A stretch of 64,000 nucleotides of DNA from Desulfamplus magnetovallimortis (lineage in GTDB: Bacteria > Desulfobacterota > Desulfobacteria > Desulfobacterales > Desulfobacteraceae): the NCBI RefSeq assembly GCF_900170035.1, contig NZ_LT828551.1, forward strand, positions 104,163 through 168,162, in the 5' to 3' direction. The position numbers and the translations under genes were made by a program. The notes beneath the pieces are model-generated. The model was not told the origin of the DNA and did not search any database. It saw only the letters and a program-made list of their open reading frames with translations. Positions 29,401 to 38,675 of the stretch are shown here, in pieces (the first letter of the stretch is position 1; every line of letters begins with the position of its first letter).

Positions 29401-30720
29401 ATGATCATGACAATATGGGATAAAGCCAAGGGAGAATTCATTGACATTATCGAGTGGACAGATGATTCACCCAACACTATGGTGTACCGATTTCCAAGGT
29501 ATGACAATGAAATTAAATACAGTGCCCAACTCATTGTGAGACAATCCCAGGCTGCTGTATTTGTCAACAAAGGCAAAATTGCAGATATATTCACTTCCGG
29601 TCAGTATCGCCTTGAGACAGACAATCTTCCCATACTCTCCACGCTTGCAGGGTGGAAATATGGCTTTCACAGCCCATTTAAAGCAGAAGTCTATTTTGTA
29701 AATCTTAGAAACTTTACAAACCTGAAGTGGGGAACCCGCAACCCTGTCATACTAAAGGATCCGGAATTTGGCCCTGTAAGGCTTCGTGCTTTTGGCACGT
29801 ATGTTATCAAAGTTTCAAGACCTGACCAATTTATCAAAGAAATTGTGGGAACAGACAGCCTGTTTACAGTTGAAAAAGTGGTTGAGCAGCTCAAAAATCT
29901 TATTGTAACAAGATTTTCCGACCTGCTTGGAGAGAAAAAACTGCCGGTTATGGAACTTACAGCGAATTATGATGAGCTATCAGCCATTCTGACACGCATC
30001 ATCGCTCCTGAATTTCTGGAGTATGGTCTTGATCTAACAAAACTTCTTGTTGAAAATATATCCCTTCCACCGGAAGTGGAAGCTGCCTTAGACAAAAAAA
30101 GCAGCATGGGAGTACTTGGAAATCTTGACAACTATTTTAAATTTCAGAGCGCCAATGCACTTGAGCTCGCAGCCCAGAACCAGGGTGGAGAGGCTGCCGC
30201 AGGCATCGGCATGGGCATGGGCTTTGCCATGGCAAACCAGATGGGTAGAACTCTTAATGATCAACAGATGGTGAACAGTATTAATGACCAACAGTCGGGC
30301 AGCAATATCAATGACCAACAGTCGGGCAACAGTATCAATGAACAACAGTCGGGCAGCAATATCAATGACCAACAGTCGGGCAACAGTATCAATGAACAAC
30401 AGTCGGGCAACAATATAAATGCACCACAGATGGGCGGCAGTATCAATGATCAAGGTAGAGGCAGCGGCAGCCATGGCCAGACAGCAACAACACCCCCGCC
30501 AATCCCGCTTACAGAACCTGTTGTGGAATATTACGTAGTGATAAAAGGCAAAAAGATTGGCCCTCTTGAGATGGATATCATACTCCACAATATTAAAAAG
30601 GAAAAAATCAAAAAGGACACCCTTATATGGCGCCAGGGAATGGAGACATGGCAGATGGCAGAGACCTTAGAAGAATTTGCTGCAACTTTTAAGGCTGTTC
30701 CCCCGCCAATACCTGAGTAA
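29401..30720 (+). CDS. SPFH (band-7)-like domain protein with internal NDQQSG tandem repeats and C-terminal GYF-like (DUF4339) domain
   Basis: N-terminal IIEWTDDSPNTMVYRFP... SPFH-like core; repeat SGSNINDQQSGNSINEQQ about 4.5 copies (30270-30425); C-terminal YYVVIKGKKIGPLEMDIILHNIK...WRQGMETWQMAETL. Confidence 0.65.
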   Translation: MIMTIWDKAKGEFIDIIEWTDDSPNTMVYRFPRYDNEIKYSAQLIVRQSQAAVFVNKGKIADIFTSGQYRLETDNLPILSTLAGWKYGFHSPFKAEVYFVNLRNFTNLKWGTRNPVILKDPEFGPVRLRAFGTYVIKVSRPDQFIKEIVGTDSLFTVEKVVEQLKNLIVTRFSDLLGEKKLPVMELTANYDELSAILTRIIAPEFLEYGLDLTKLLVENISLPPEVEAALDKKSSMGVLGNLDNYFKFQSANALELAAQNQGGEAAAGIGMGMGFAMANQMGRTLNDQQMVNSINDQQSGSNINDQQSGNSINEQQSGSNINDQQSGNSINEQQSGNNINAPQMGGSINDQGRGSGSHGQTATTPPPIPLTEPVVEYYVVIKGKKIGPLEMDIILHNIKKEKIKKDTLIWRQGMETWQMAETLEEFAATFKAVPPPIPE

Positions 30721-30756
30721 CGTACATGTCAGACTTTAGAACAACACCACAAAAAA

Positions 30757-31452
30757 TTGAGAGGATTTCAAACAATGTCAAAATGTATTAACTGCTCTGC
30801 TCCACTTCCTCCCAACTCAATCACATGCGAATATTGCGGAAGTCGCAATGATACCGATCTTATGGGGGTTCATACCTACACAACCCATGAACTTGAATCA
30901 GGCAGAACCTGCCCCAGATGTAATATAACTTTGCAGACAATTGATCTTAAAATAAACGGCAGATTCTTTATTGAAAGATGTGATCAGTGCATGGGACTTT
31001 TTTTTGATCCAGGCGAGCTTGAGCTTCTTCTGGAAGAATCTGTCAAAAATGTCTATGATATAAACCTTGAAAAGTTAGACAACATAAACACAGCCATGAC
31101 CCCTGACAAAATCAAGATTACCTACATCAAGTGCCCTGTATGCAGAAAATTCATGAACCGCATGAACTTCGGCACAAGAAGCGGGGTAATTGTGGATCGT
31201 TGCAGGGAACACGGTATCTGGCTTGATGGGGGAGAGCTGCGCCACCTGTTTGAATGGAAAAAAGCCGGCGGCTCACTTCTGCATGATAAGCGAGAACTTG
31301 AGCGCATGGAGGAGGAGCAGCTACAAAAAGAGAGGGAGGAAAGGCAAAGATCAATGGAATACGCATCCTGGACAGATAACCCCATGGGACACGGCACAAG
31401 AGATGAAAATCTCGGCACTGTTATAAAAGGCGTTCTCTCCTGGCTGTTTTAA
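30757..31452 (+). CDS. Zinc-ribbon (TFIIB-type zf) domain protein, two Cys4 ribbons plus coiled C-terminal
   Basis: CINCSAPL...CEYCGS; CPRCN...CDQC; CPVCRKFM...CREHGIW. Confidence 0.55.
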   Translation: MRGFQTMSKCINCSAPLPPNSITCEYCGSRNDTDLMGVHTYTTHELESGRTCPRCNITLQTIDLKINGRFFIERCDQCMGLFFDPGELELLLEESVKNVYDINLEKLDNINTAMTPDKIKITYIKCPVCRKFMNRMNFGTRSGVIVDRCREHGIWLDGGELRHLFEWKKAGGSLLHDKRELERMEEEQLQKEREERQRSMEYASWTDNPMGHGTRDENLGTVIKGVLSWLF

Positions 31453-31486
31453 GTAAGAAGTGTTTTTAAGCTAAAGGATTTGGAGT

Positions 31487-31593
31487 TTTTCTAATCTCAT
31501 CCATTTGAATTAACTTCTAATCTCATCCATTTGCATTAACTTCTAATCTCATCCATTTGCATTAACTTCTAATTTTGACCATTTGCATTAACC
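31487..31593. repeat. 26-bp tandem repeat (ctaatctcatccatttgMattaactt) about 4 copies, intergenic
   Basis: Read directly. Confidence 0.85.
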
Positions 31594-31609
31594 AGGAGAA
31601 AAGGAATAT

Positions 31610-32629
31610 TCAGGATGACCTCATAAGAGCGGCTGTTGTGTCAAGCATCCTGTTTGCATAGCCCCATTCATTATCAAACCAGGCAAGAATTTTGACAAGA
31701 TTTTTCCCACTTACCCTTGTCTGTCCGCCATCCACAACCGAAGACCTTGAATCATGATTAAAATCACAGGATGCAAGGGGTTCCTCTGTGTAGCCAAGTA
31801 TTCCTGAAAGCCTTGGGCTTAAAGAGGCAGACTCAAGTATGGCATTGATCTTTTTCACACTCACACTCTCTGCAACAACAAGGGTAATATCAAGCGCTGA
31901 CACATTAATTGTGGGAACCCGCATGGAGACAGCCTGAAAACGCCCTGAAAGCTGTGGTAAAATCCTGTCAATACCCTTTGCAAGCTCTGTATTTACGGGA
32001 ATAATTGATTGCCCGGCACATCTTGTTCTGCGCAAATCATGGTGATGGTAGGCATCTATAACCGGCTGATCGTTCATTATTGAGTGAATGGTTGTAATGA
32101 TGCCAGCTTCAATGCCTATACTGTCATCTATAACCTTGAGTACTGGAATGCTGCAATTGGTTGTACATGAAGCATTTGAGATGATCTGATGATCTCTTGT
32201 AAGGATATCTTCATTTATTCCATAGACAATGGTTGCATCAACGTTCTCTTCAGCAGGCTGGGAAAATATCACCTTGCGTGCTCCGCTTTTAATATGCTCC
32301 ATTGCCTTTTCCCTTGAAGAGAAAGAACCTGAACACTCCAGCACCACATCCACTTCAAGCTCTCTCCAGGGAAGCTTTCCAGGATCAGGTTCATGGCAGA
32401 GCCTTATTCTGTTGTTGTTCACAAAAAAATCATTTCCGCATATCTCCACACTTCCGGAAAATCTGCCATGTGTCGAGTCATATCTTGTAAGATGGGCAAT
32501 GGTCTTTATATCGGAAAGTTCGTTTATCCCCACCACTTCAAGCTCCCTGTAGTGGTGGGATTCATACAGAGCGCGCAGAACTGACCTGCCGATTCTCCCA
32601 TAACCGTTAATTGCAATTCGATACGCCAT
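31610..32629 (-). CDS. gap: Type I glyceraldehyde-3-phosphate dehydrogenase (or erythrose-4-phosphate dehydrogenase paralogue)
   Basis: INGYGRIGR N-terminus; active-site SCTTNC. Confidence 0.85.
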   Translation of the reverse strand: MAYRIAINGYGRIGRSVLRALYESHHYRELEVVGINELSDIKTIAHLTRYDSTHGRFSGSVEICGNDFFVNNNRIRLCHEPDPGKLPWRELEVDVVLECSGSFSSREKAMEHIKSGARKVIFSQPAEENVDATIVYGINEDILTRDHQIISNASCTTNCSIPVLKVIDDSIGIEAGIITTIHSIMNDQPVIDAYHHHDLRRTRCAGQSIIPVNTELAKGIDRILPQLSGRFQAVSMRVPTINVSALDITLVVAESVSVKKINAILESASLSPRLSGILGYTEEPLASCDFNHDSRSSVVDGGQTRVSGKNLVKILAWFDNEWGYANRMLDTTAALMRSS

Positions 32630-32958
32630 TGGGCTTGATTTCTCTCCTTAATTAGCTTGTATTTCTGACACATGTATGTTAACAGGCAATACCGTTGTTT
32701 CAAGTATTTTACATAAAATAGCTGCTATAATTTTCCAGATAATGAAATTGGCAAGCACTGTAGGGGGCAGACCTGTGTGGCTGCCCTCTCCAGAGTTGAG
32801 ATTTCAAAATTATTTTCTGGAAATCTATTTAACGGGCAACTATCATAAATAAGATTATTTGTCATCTCTCTGGAGTCAATTTATTTTTAATATGGCTCCG
32901 GAGCAGGAACAGGTATGAAGAGACCATAAGAGACCACAAAAAATCCTGTGAAGCTTAA

Positions 32959-34713
32959 ATGAACCAGACAACCACTCCGGAAAATTCATTACAACAGCCC
33001 ACTTCAAATGAGCATGATTCCATGTATCGTGAGCTTGTGGAATCTCTTAATGTAGGCATTTTCCGTATCACCCCCTACAGTATGACCATCCTTCATGCCA
33101 ATCCTGCCATTGCAAATATTTTTGGTCATGAATCTATGGAAGATTTCATGCAAACCTCCATGAAAGATTACTACCAACACCCGAGGCAGCAGAAAGAAAT
33201 CATTGAGCATATTCGTGTTTATGGCCAATGCAAAAATAAAGAAATTGCAATGCGTAAAAAGGATGGAACTCCAATATGGGTATCTCTAAATGCCATAGCA
33301 AAATATGAGCAGCCAGAAAAAAACAATGGAAATACAGTTACATATAACAATCCTGAATTTTTAAGGAAAAATGGCATAATCAAATGGGTTGACTGTGTAA
33401 TTGAAGATATTACAGAGCGAAAAGAGAGCCTGAACAGACTTAAAAAACTTAACAAAGCATACGAACGGTTTGTTCCATACGAATTTTTAAAAACACTTGG
33501 CAAAACAAGCATTGAAGATGTGGAGCTAAATGACCGGATACAGAAAAAAATGACCGTACTGTTTTCCGATATCCGTCTATTTTCAACGCTTTCAGAAAGA
33601 ATGACTCCTGAAGAAAATTTCAAGTTCATCAACTCATACTTAAGCCATATGGGGCCGCTTGTAAGGGAACACAATGGGTTTATTGACAAATTCATTGGAG
33701 ATTCAATAATGGCTCTTTTTGGTATAAATGCAGATGATGCAGTATCAGCAGCCATTGGAATGCTGAATAAGCTCAAAAAATATAATGAAGGCCGCAAAAG
33801 AGCCGGATATCGCACCATTGAGATCGGTATTGGCATAAATACCGGAACCCTTATACTTGGAACTGTTGGAGAAGCAGACCGTATGGAAGGCACTGTCATA
33901 AGCGATGCTGTCAATACTGCTGCCCGTCTTGAAAAATTGACAAAAACATACAAGACGCCTCTTCTGATAAGTGAGTACACATTCCACTCCCTGCAAAAGA
34001 GTTCAGATTTTGCCATCCGCTTCATTGATCGTGTTCTTGTCAAGGGACGAAACGAACCCATTTCAATATATGAAATCTTCAATGCTGATGAGCCTGATAT
34101 TTTTGAAGCAAAACGCTCCTATAATCACCTCTTTGAAACTGCAATGTACCATTTCCACTACCAGGACATGGAGCAGGCAAGAACCCTTTTGAGAGCACTG
34201 TCAGAACAGTGTCCGGAAGATGCTGTAATTGAAAGATACCTTACATCACCCTCAAACAGGAGCAACATTTTCTTCTCTCCCTGGCAAAACAGAAAACACC
34301 TTGAACTCAAAAGAACTCTTTTCTGTGATATCCCTGTAATTGACGAAGATCATGTGGAGATGTTCTACCTGACAGATCAACTTATGGAGACCATAAAAAA
34401 AAGCCAGACCAATGAAAAAATCATCCTTGGGCTTATTGAGCTCAATAGAAAGGCAGCTCAGCACTTTCAGACAGAAGAAAAAATGATGTTACAGGCAGGA
34501 TATCCTGAATATGAGCAGCATCTGAAACTTCACAAGGAGTTTTTAGTCCATTCAGAAAGCATTCTTGAACTGGCATCCATCACCAACTACAGCCTTAAAT
34601 CCGAGGCTCTACACCTTCTTCTCAGAATAGAATCCCTTTTTGTGGAGTGGCTTGCAAACCATGAAATCATGCGTGACAGGGACTTTATAGGATTCATGAT
34701 GGGCTTCAAATAA
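32959..34713 (+). CDS. PAS domain - class III adenylate/guanylate cyclase - hemerythrin-like domain protein
   Basis: PAS near the N-terminus; cyclase core VLFSDIRLFSTLSE...FIGDSIMALFG; C-terminal H..E...H....H hemerythrin-like pattern HVEMFYL...HF..EE..M...YPEYEQHLKLHKEF. Confidence 0.75.
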   Translation: MNQTTTPENSLQQPTSNEHDSMYRELVESLNVGIFRITPYSMTILHANPAIANIFGHESMEDFMQTSMKDYYQHPRQQKEIIEHIRVYGQCKNKEIAMRKKDGTPIWVSLNAIAKYEQPEKNNGNTVTYNNPEFLRKNGIIKWVDCVIEDITERKESLNRLKKLNKAYERFVPYEFLKTLGKTSIEDVELNDRIQKKMTVLFSDIRLFSTLSERMTPEENFKFINSYLSHMGPLVREHNGFIDKFIGDSIMALFGINADDAVSAAIGMLNKLKKYNEGRKRAGYRTIEIGIGINTGTLILGTVGEADRMEGTVISDAVNTAARLEKLTKTYKTPLLISEYTFHSLQKSSDFAIRFIDRVLVKGRNEPISIYEIFNADEPDIFEAKRSYNHLFETAMYHFHYQDMEQARTLLRALSEQCPEDAVIERYLTSPSNRSNIFFSPWQNRKHLELKRTLFCDIPVIDEDHVEMFYLTDQLMETIKKSQTNEKIILGLIELNRKAAQHFQTEEKMMLQAGYPEYEQHLKLHKEFLVHSESILELASITNYSLKSEALHLLLRIESLFVEWLANHEIMRDRDFIGFMMGFK

Positions 34714-34788
34714 CGTACATGGCGGATACCTGCCTAATAAAAAATTGCAACTTCAGGGAACCGGAATAAGATTGCAAAGGAACAAAGT

Positions 34789-35964
34789 ATGAAACAGGTT
34801 ATCACAACAGAACAAAAACCCATCAAGTTATGGCTTGACGATATTGATAATGCTGCCCTTGACCAGGCAAAAAACCTTGCGAACCTGCCATTCATATTCA
34901 AGCATGTTGCAATCATGCCTGATTCACACCTTGGTTACGGCATGCCCATAGGTGGTGTGATGGCTACACAAAATATCATTGTTCCCAATGCTGTGGGGGT
35001 TGATATCGGCTGCGGAATGTGTGCTGTTCAAACATCGATGACAGAAATTGACACCAACACTTTAAAAGGAATACTTGGCAAAATCCGGATGAGCATCCCC
35101 CTTGGTTTCAAACACCATTCAAGGGAACAGGCGGATTGGATACATTCATGTGAGGCCTCATGCAAATTCATCAAAGATGGCATTATTGAAAAAGAGTATA
35201 AAGCATCATTAAAGCAGGTTGGCACCCTTGGCGGCGGGAATCATTTTATTGAAATCCAGAGAGGCAGTGATGGTCATATCTGGATAATGATACACTCCGG
35301 AAGCCGAAATATGGGGTTGAAGGTGGCTAAACATTACAACGATCTTGCCATTAAAATGAACGAAAAATGGTTCTCTTCAGTACCTAAAAAATGGGAGCTT
35401 GCATTTTTGCCCCTTGATGATGAAATCGGGCGAGCATACTTTACCGAAATGAACTGCTGTGTGGAGTTTGCCCTCACTAACAGGCAGCGGATGCTGGATG
35501 TGGTAAAAAAAATTTTTAAAGAAAATACCCATGGAAATGTTGATTTTGGAGAGATGATAAACATTGCCCATAACTATGCTGCTGTTGAAAAGCATTTTGG
35601 CGAAAAAGTTGTGGTTCACAGAAAAGGGGCAACAAGGGCTTTTCCTGATCAGACCGGCATCATTCCAGGCAGTCAGGGCAGTTCAAGCTATATTGTAAAA
35701 GGAAAGGGAAATCCTGACAGCTTCATGTCCTGTTCACATGGGGCAGGCAGAAAACTTGGCAGAAAACAGGCACAGCGCGAACTTAACCTGAAAGCTGAAC
35801 AGGAGAGGCTTGACAGACTTGGGGTACTGCATGCCCTGCGGGGGAAAAAGAGCCTGGATGAGGCAGCAGGAGCATACAAAGATATCTCGGTTGTCATGGA
35901 AAACCAGTCAGATCTTGTTGATATTGATGTGGAATTAAGGCCACTTGCAGTAGTCAAAGGATAA
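34789..35964 (+). CDS. rtcB: RtcB-family RNA ligase
   Basis: MPDSHLGYGMPIGGV; GGGNHFIEIQ; HSGSRNMG; C-terminal ...VVKG. Confidence 0.85.
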   Translation: MKQVITTEQKPIKLWLDDIDNAALDQAKNLANLPFIFKHVAIMPDSHLGYGMPIGGVMATQNIIVPNAVGVDIGCGMCAVQTSMTEIDTNTLKGILGKIRMSIPLGFKHHSREQADWIHSCEASCKFIKDGIIEKEYKASLKQVGTLGGGNHFIEIQRGSDGHIWIMIHSGSRNMGLKVAKHYNDLAIKMNEKWFSSVPKKWELAFLPLDDEIGRAYFTEMNCCVEFALTNRQRMLDVVKKIFKENTHGNVDFGEMINIAHNYAAVEKHFGEKVVVHRKGATRAFPDQTGIIPGSQGSSSYIVKGKGNPDSFMSCSHGAGRKLGRKQAQRELNLKAEQERLDRLGVLHALRGKKSLDEAAGAYKDISVVMENQSDLVDIDVELRPLAVVKG

Positions 35965-36320
35965 TTTCGGCAACTAATCTGGACGATAAAGAAAAAGATC
36001 AGCAAGATAAAAATCAGCACCGGCACACTGATGCTGTTATTGGTCTGGTTGATGAGCGGTAGCAGGTAAACCAACAGAAAGCCGACTATTGCCTTATCCA
36101 CGGTTTTTACGGCTTTTATTTTGACCGGCAGTTTTTCCAGGTTTTTGCCGGAAAGCAAGATCAAACCAGCACAAAGCAAACTAAGCAGGGCCGCCACCAA
36201 CAAATAATTCAAACCATCTCGCAAATCCCACGCCTTACTGAACTCTAAAAACCAGAGAGTCAGGCAGATAGGTGCCAGCGAAGTGGCGACAAGGGTGACT
36301 TTGGCGGCCTTGTTAAGCAT
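35688..36320 (-). CDS. Small hydrophobic membrane protein translationally coupled to hsdS; the ORF as drawn runs 276 bp into the 3' end of convergent rtcB, so its extent is uncertain
   Basis: N-terminal approximately 115 aa has 3-4 hydrophobic helices; start overlaps the hsdS stop. Confidence 0.35.
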   Translation of the reverse strand: MLNKAAKVTLVATSLAPICLTLWFLEFSKAWDLRDGLNYLLVAALLSLLCAGLILLSGKNLEKLPVKIKAVKTVDKAIVGFLLVYLLPLINQTNNSISVPVLIFILLIFFFIVQISCRNYPLTTASGLNSTSISTRSDWFSMTTEISLYAPAASSRLFFPRRACSTPSLSSLSCSAFRLSSRCACFLPSFLPAPCEQDMKLSGFPFPFTI

Positions 36321-37662
36321 TGACCGCCTCTTGATTTTGTTGGCCGGAAGAATGGGAAAAGGCTTCCCGTAAAACCGCCTGCATCAGTTGTTCGGCGTGG
36401 GTCTGGTTGTCGGTGATTTGGGCTTCGAGTTGGTCGCAGAGTGAGGTGAGATATTTGACCTTTTCAGCTATAACATATTGCTCTTTAGCAGGGGGTAGAG
36501 GTAGCAGCATCTCTCCTACATCACCCAATCTGAAACTGTTTTTTATTCCTCTCTGCGGAGCGTTGTATTGCCATTTCGCAAAAGGCGAACGCATGACCTC
36601 AAGATAATATTGTCTTCTGCACTCAGGCATATAGCGAAGCATGCAAGTATGCTGGTTGATATACGCCTCACCAAAACCTTTGGGGATCACTCCAAGATTG
36701 CCGACATCTCCTGTAATAGAAATCAGCAAGTCACCCTCTTGAAGCTTTGTCCTACTTCCTTCGCTGTTTAAGGGTGCTTTTACATAACGTACTTTATTCA
36801 TGCGGAGGCGGTATGAGTCTTTTGAAAGGTTTCCCATTGTAACGAAGATTGCTCCTTCATCCGCGTAATACTTTGCCCAATCGCGTGACCCAGAAGTGAT
36901 TAGCTCCGCTACGTCCCAAATCCGACACCACTCCCACCCCTCCGGCAAAGAAAACGGTTTTTCTTCCTCATTGATTGGCGGTAGCGGTTTTTGTTTTTTG
37001 ATTTTTTTGTCTTTCACCAGCTGGTTTTTTTCTGCCTGAATGCGGGCAAGTAGTTCACTTGCTGGCTCAACATCGGGGTTTTGCTGCCGCCATTCGGCGG
37101 TGAGCTTGCCTTCGATGGCTTCCTGTAAAATTTGTTGACGGAGTTTTTTCAGCAGGGTTTGCTGATGGGTGAGTTCGGTTTTAAATTCGTTTATTTCAAC
37201 TTGAACACTCTCCTTTTTTCTGAGGATAGAGCGTTGAATATCAATGGGAGGTATCTGCATTTCAATTTGACATAAATCATTAAACCGTAACGATTTTCTT
37301 ACGGTACCTCTTGCATATTTAGCAATTTGAAAAAGCCCATCTGCGGACTTCAAAAAGTCAAACAACAATTCGGGTAACAAAGAATTTTTTGTTTTAAATA
37401 CCACATAAGCAGGGCTGACAAGGCCTTTCACACCTTTCGGTACCAATCCAATTGAACCAACATTAATACGGTACGGATTATATGCAAAATCTCCCTCTTC
37501 TATTAGCTGATATTTCGAGAGGTCTTTGGATTTTTTATGATCAGTAATTGCAATCCCAACTTGGTTTGATACACCGAGGACTTGCATGGAGTCAAAATTG
37601 GGCAAAGAATAAGCCTTGACAGATTTTTTTTCGATAAAGCGATCCAGTTTATCAAATGCCAC
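36313..37662 (-). CDS. hsdS: Type I restriction-modification specificity subunit HsdS (two target-recognition domains)
   Basis: Central conserved ...LPEGWEWCRIWDVAELITSG... and C-terminal ...LPLPPAKEQYVIAEKV..L....DQLEAQ coiled repeats. Confidence 0.85.
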   Translation of the reverse strand: MAFDKLDRFIEKKSVKAYSLPNFDSMQVLGVSNQVGIAITDHKKSKDLSKYQLIEEGDFAYNPYRINVGSIGLVPKGVKGLVSPAYVVFKTKNSLLPELLFDFLKSADGLFQIAKYARGTVRKSLRFNDLCQIEMQIPPIDIQRSILRKKESVQVEINEFKTELTHQQTLLKKLRQQILQEAIEGKLTAEWRQQNPDVEPASELLARIQAEKNQLVKDKKIKKQKPLPPINEEEKPFSLPEGWEWCRIWDVAELITSGSRDWAKYYADEGAIFVTMGNLSKDSYRLRMNKVRYVKAPLNSEGSRTKLQEGDLLISITGDVGNLGVIPKGFGEAYINQHTCMLRYMPECRRQYYLEVMRSPFAKWQYNAPQRGIKNSFRLGDVGEMLLPLPPAKEQYVIAEKVKYLTSLCDQLEAQITDNQTHAEQLMQAVLREAFSHSSGQQNQEAVNA

Positions 37663-38675
37663 TACTCCCCCTCCCCACGCTCAAGCACTGCGTATATTTC
37701 ATTCAACTTATCCCGCAGAAGCTGTTTTGGAATAAGTCTGGTCTCATAATCAGCGATAACGGCAGGGCTGACCGAACGGCTGAGGGCGTATTTCACCACC
37801 TCGTCATTTTTTTCCCGGCAAAGAAGTATGCCGATACTGGGATTTTCAAAATCAAGTTTGACATCCCTGTCCAGGGCTTCAAGATAAAACTCCAACTGCC
37901 CCAGGTGCTCCGGCCTGAACTTGTCGTTTTTCAGTTCAAATGCGACCAGGCATTGCAGATGGCGGTGGAAAAAAAGAAGATCAACAAAAAAATCATCGGT
38001 GCCCACCTGCAGGCGGTACTCATGGCCGATAAAGGTAAAACCGATGCCCAACTCCAGAATAAAATCTTTGAGAGAAGCCATCAGTGCCTGTTGTAGTTCT
38101 TTTTCCCGGTAGAGGGTTGGCAAATTCAAAAACTCAAACACATAGCTGTCTTTGAAAACATTTTCCGTGGATTGGGGGAGTTCTGTAATAGTCTGAGACA
38201 GTTTTTCATTGGCAAGCATGGTACGTTCAAAAGTGCCGGTTTGGATGAGCCTGTCCAGCTCTCTGACAGAATAGTTTTTTTGATTGCAGAGTAAAAGATA
38301 AAACTCACGCTCTTCAGGTGTTTTCAAGGTCATTATTCGCCGATTATGGGTCCAGCTTAAAACTCGCCCCAGTGAGGCGAGTTTTTCATCATCCTGGTAT
38401 GTCTCATAAAACTGCTTCATCCGCCACAGGTTTTTGTCGGTAAAACCTTTTAATTCAGGATCACTGGTTTTGATAAAGTGTGCCAGTTCTTTTATAACGC
38501 CCTTGCCCCAACCTGAACGTTTTACCTGCTTTGATATATACTCGCCGATATTCCAGTACAACTCCACCAAAATCGTATTGACCTGCTGAAAAGCACGCTG
38601 TTTGGCCTGTTGTATGCGGTGAAGTATCTCAGCAAATTGTTTTTCGGTTTTTTGTTTTTCTATCTGATTTGCCAT
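37662..38675 (-). CDS. DUF1016 / YhcG-like PDDEXK nuclease-fold protein embedded in the R-M operon
   Basis: Overall resemblance to YhcG (..ELYWNIGEYI...; C-terminal ...ELGIGFTFIGHEYRLQVGTDDFFVDLLFFHRHLQCLVAFELK is PD-(D/E)xK-like); position between hsdM and hsdS is typical. Confidence 0.75.
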   Translation of the reverse strand: MANQIEKQKTEKQFAEILHRIQQAKQRAFQQVNTILVELYWNIGEYISKQVKRSGWGKGVIKELAHFIKTSDPELKGFTDKNLWRMKQFYETYQDDEKLASLGRVLSWTHNRRIMTLKTPEEREFYLLLCNQKNYSVRELDRLIQTGTFERTMLANEKLSQTITELPQSTENVFKDSYVFEFLNLPTLYREKELQQALMASLKDFILELGIGFTFIGHEYRLQVGTDDFFVDLLFFHRHLQCLVAFELKNDKFRPEHLGQLEFYLEALDRDVKLDFENPSIGILLCREKNDEVVKYALSRSVSPAVIADYETRLIPKQLLRDKLNEIYAVLERGEGE

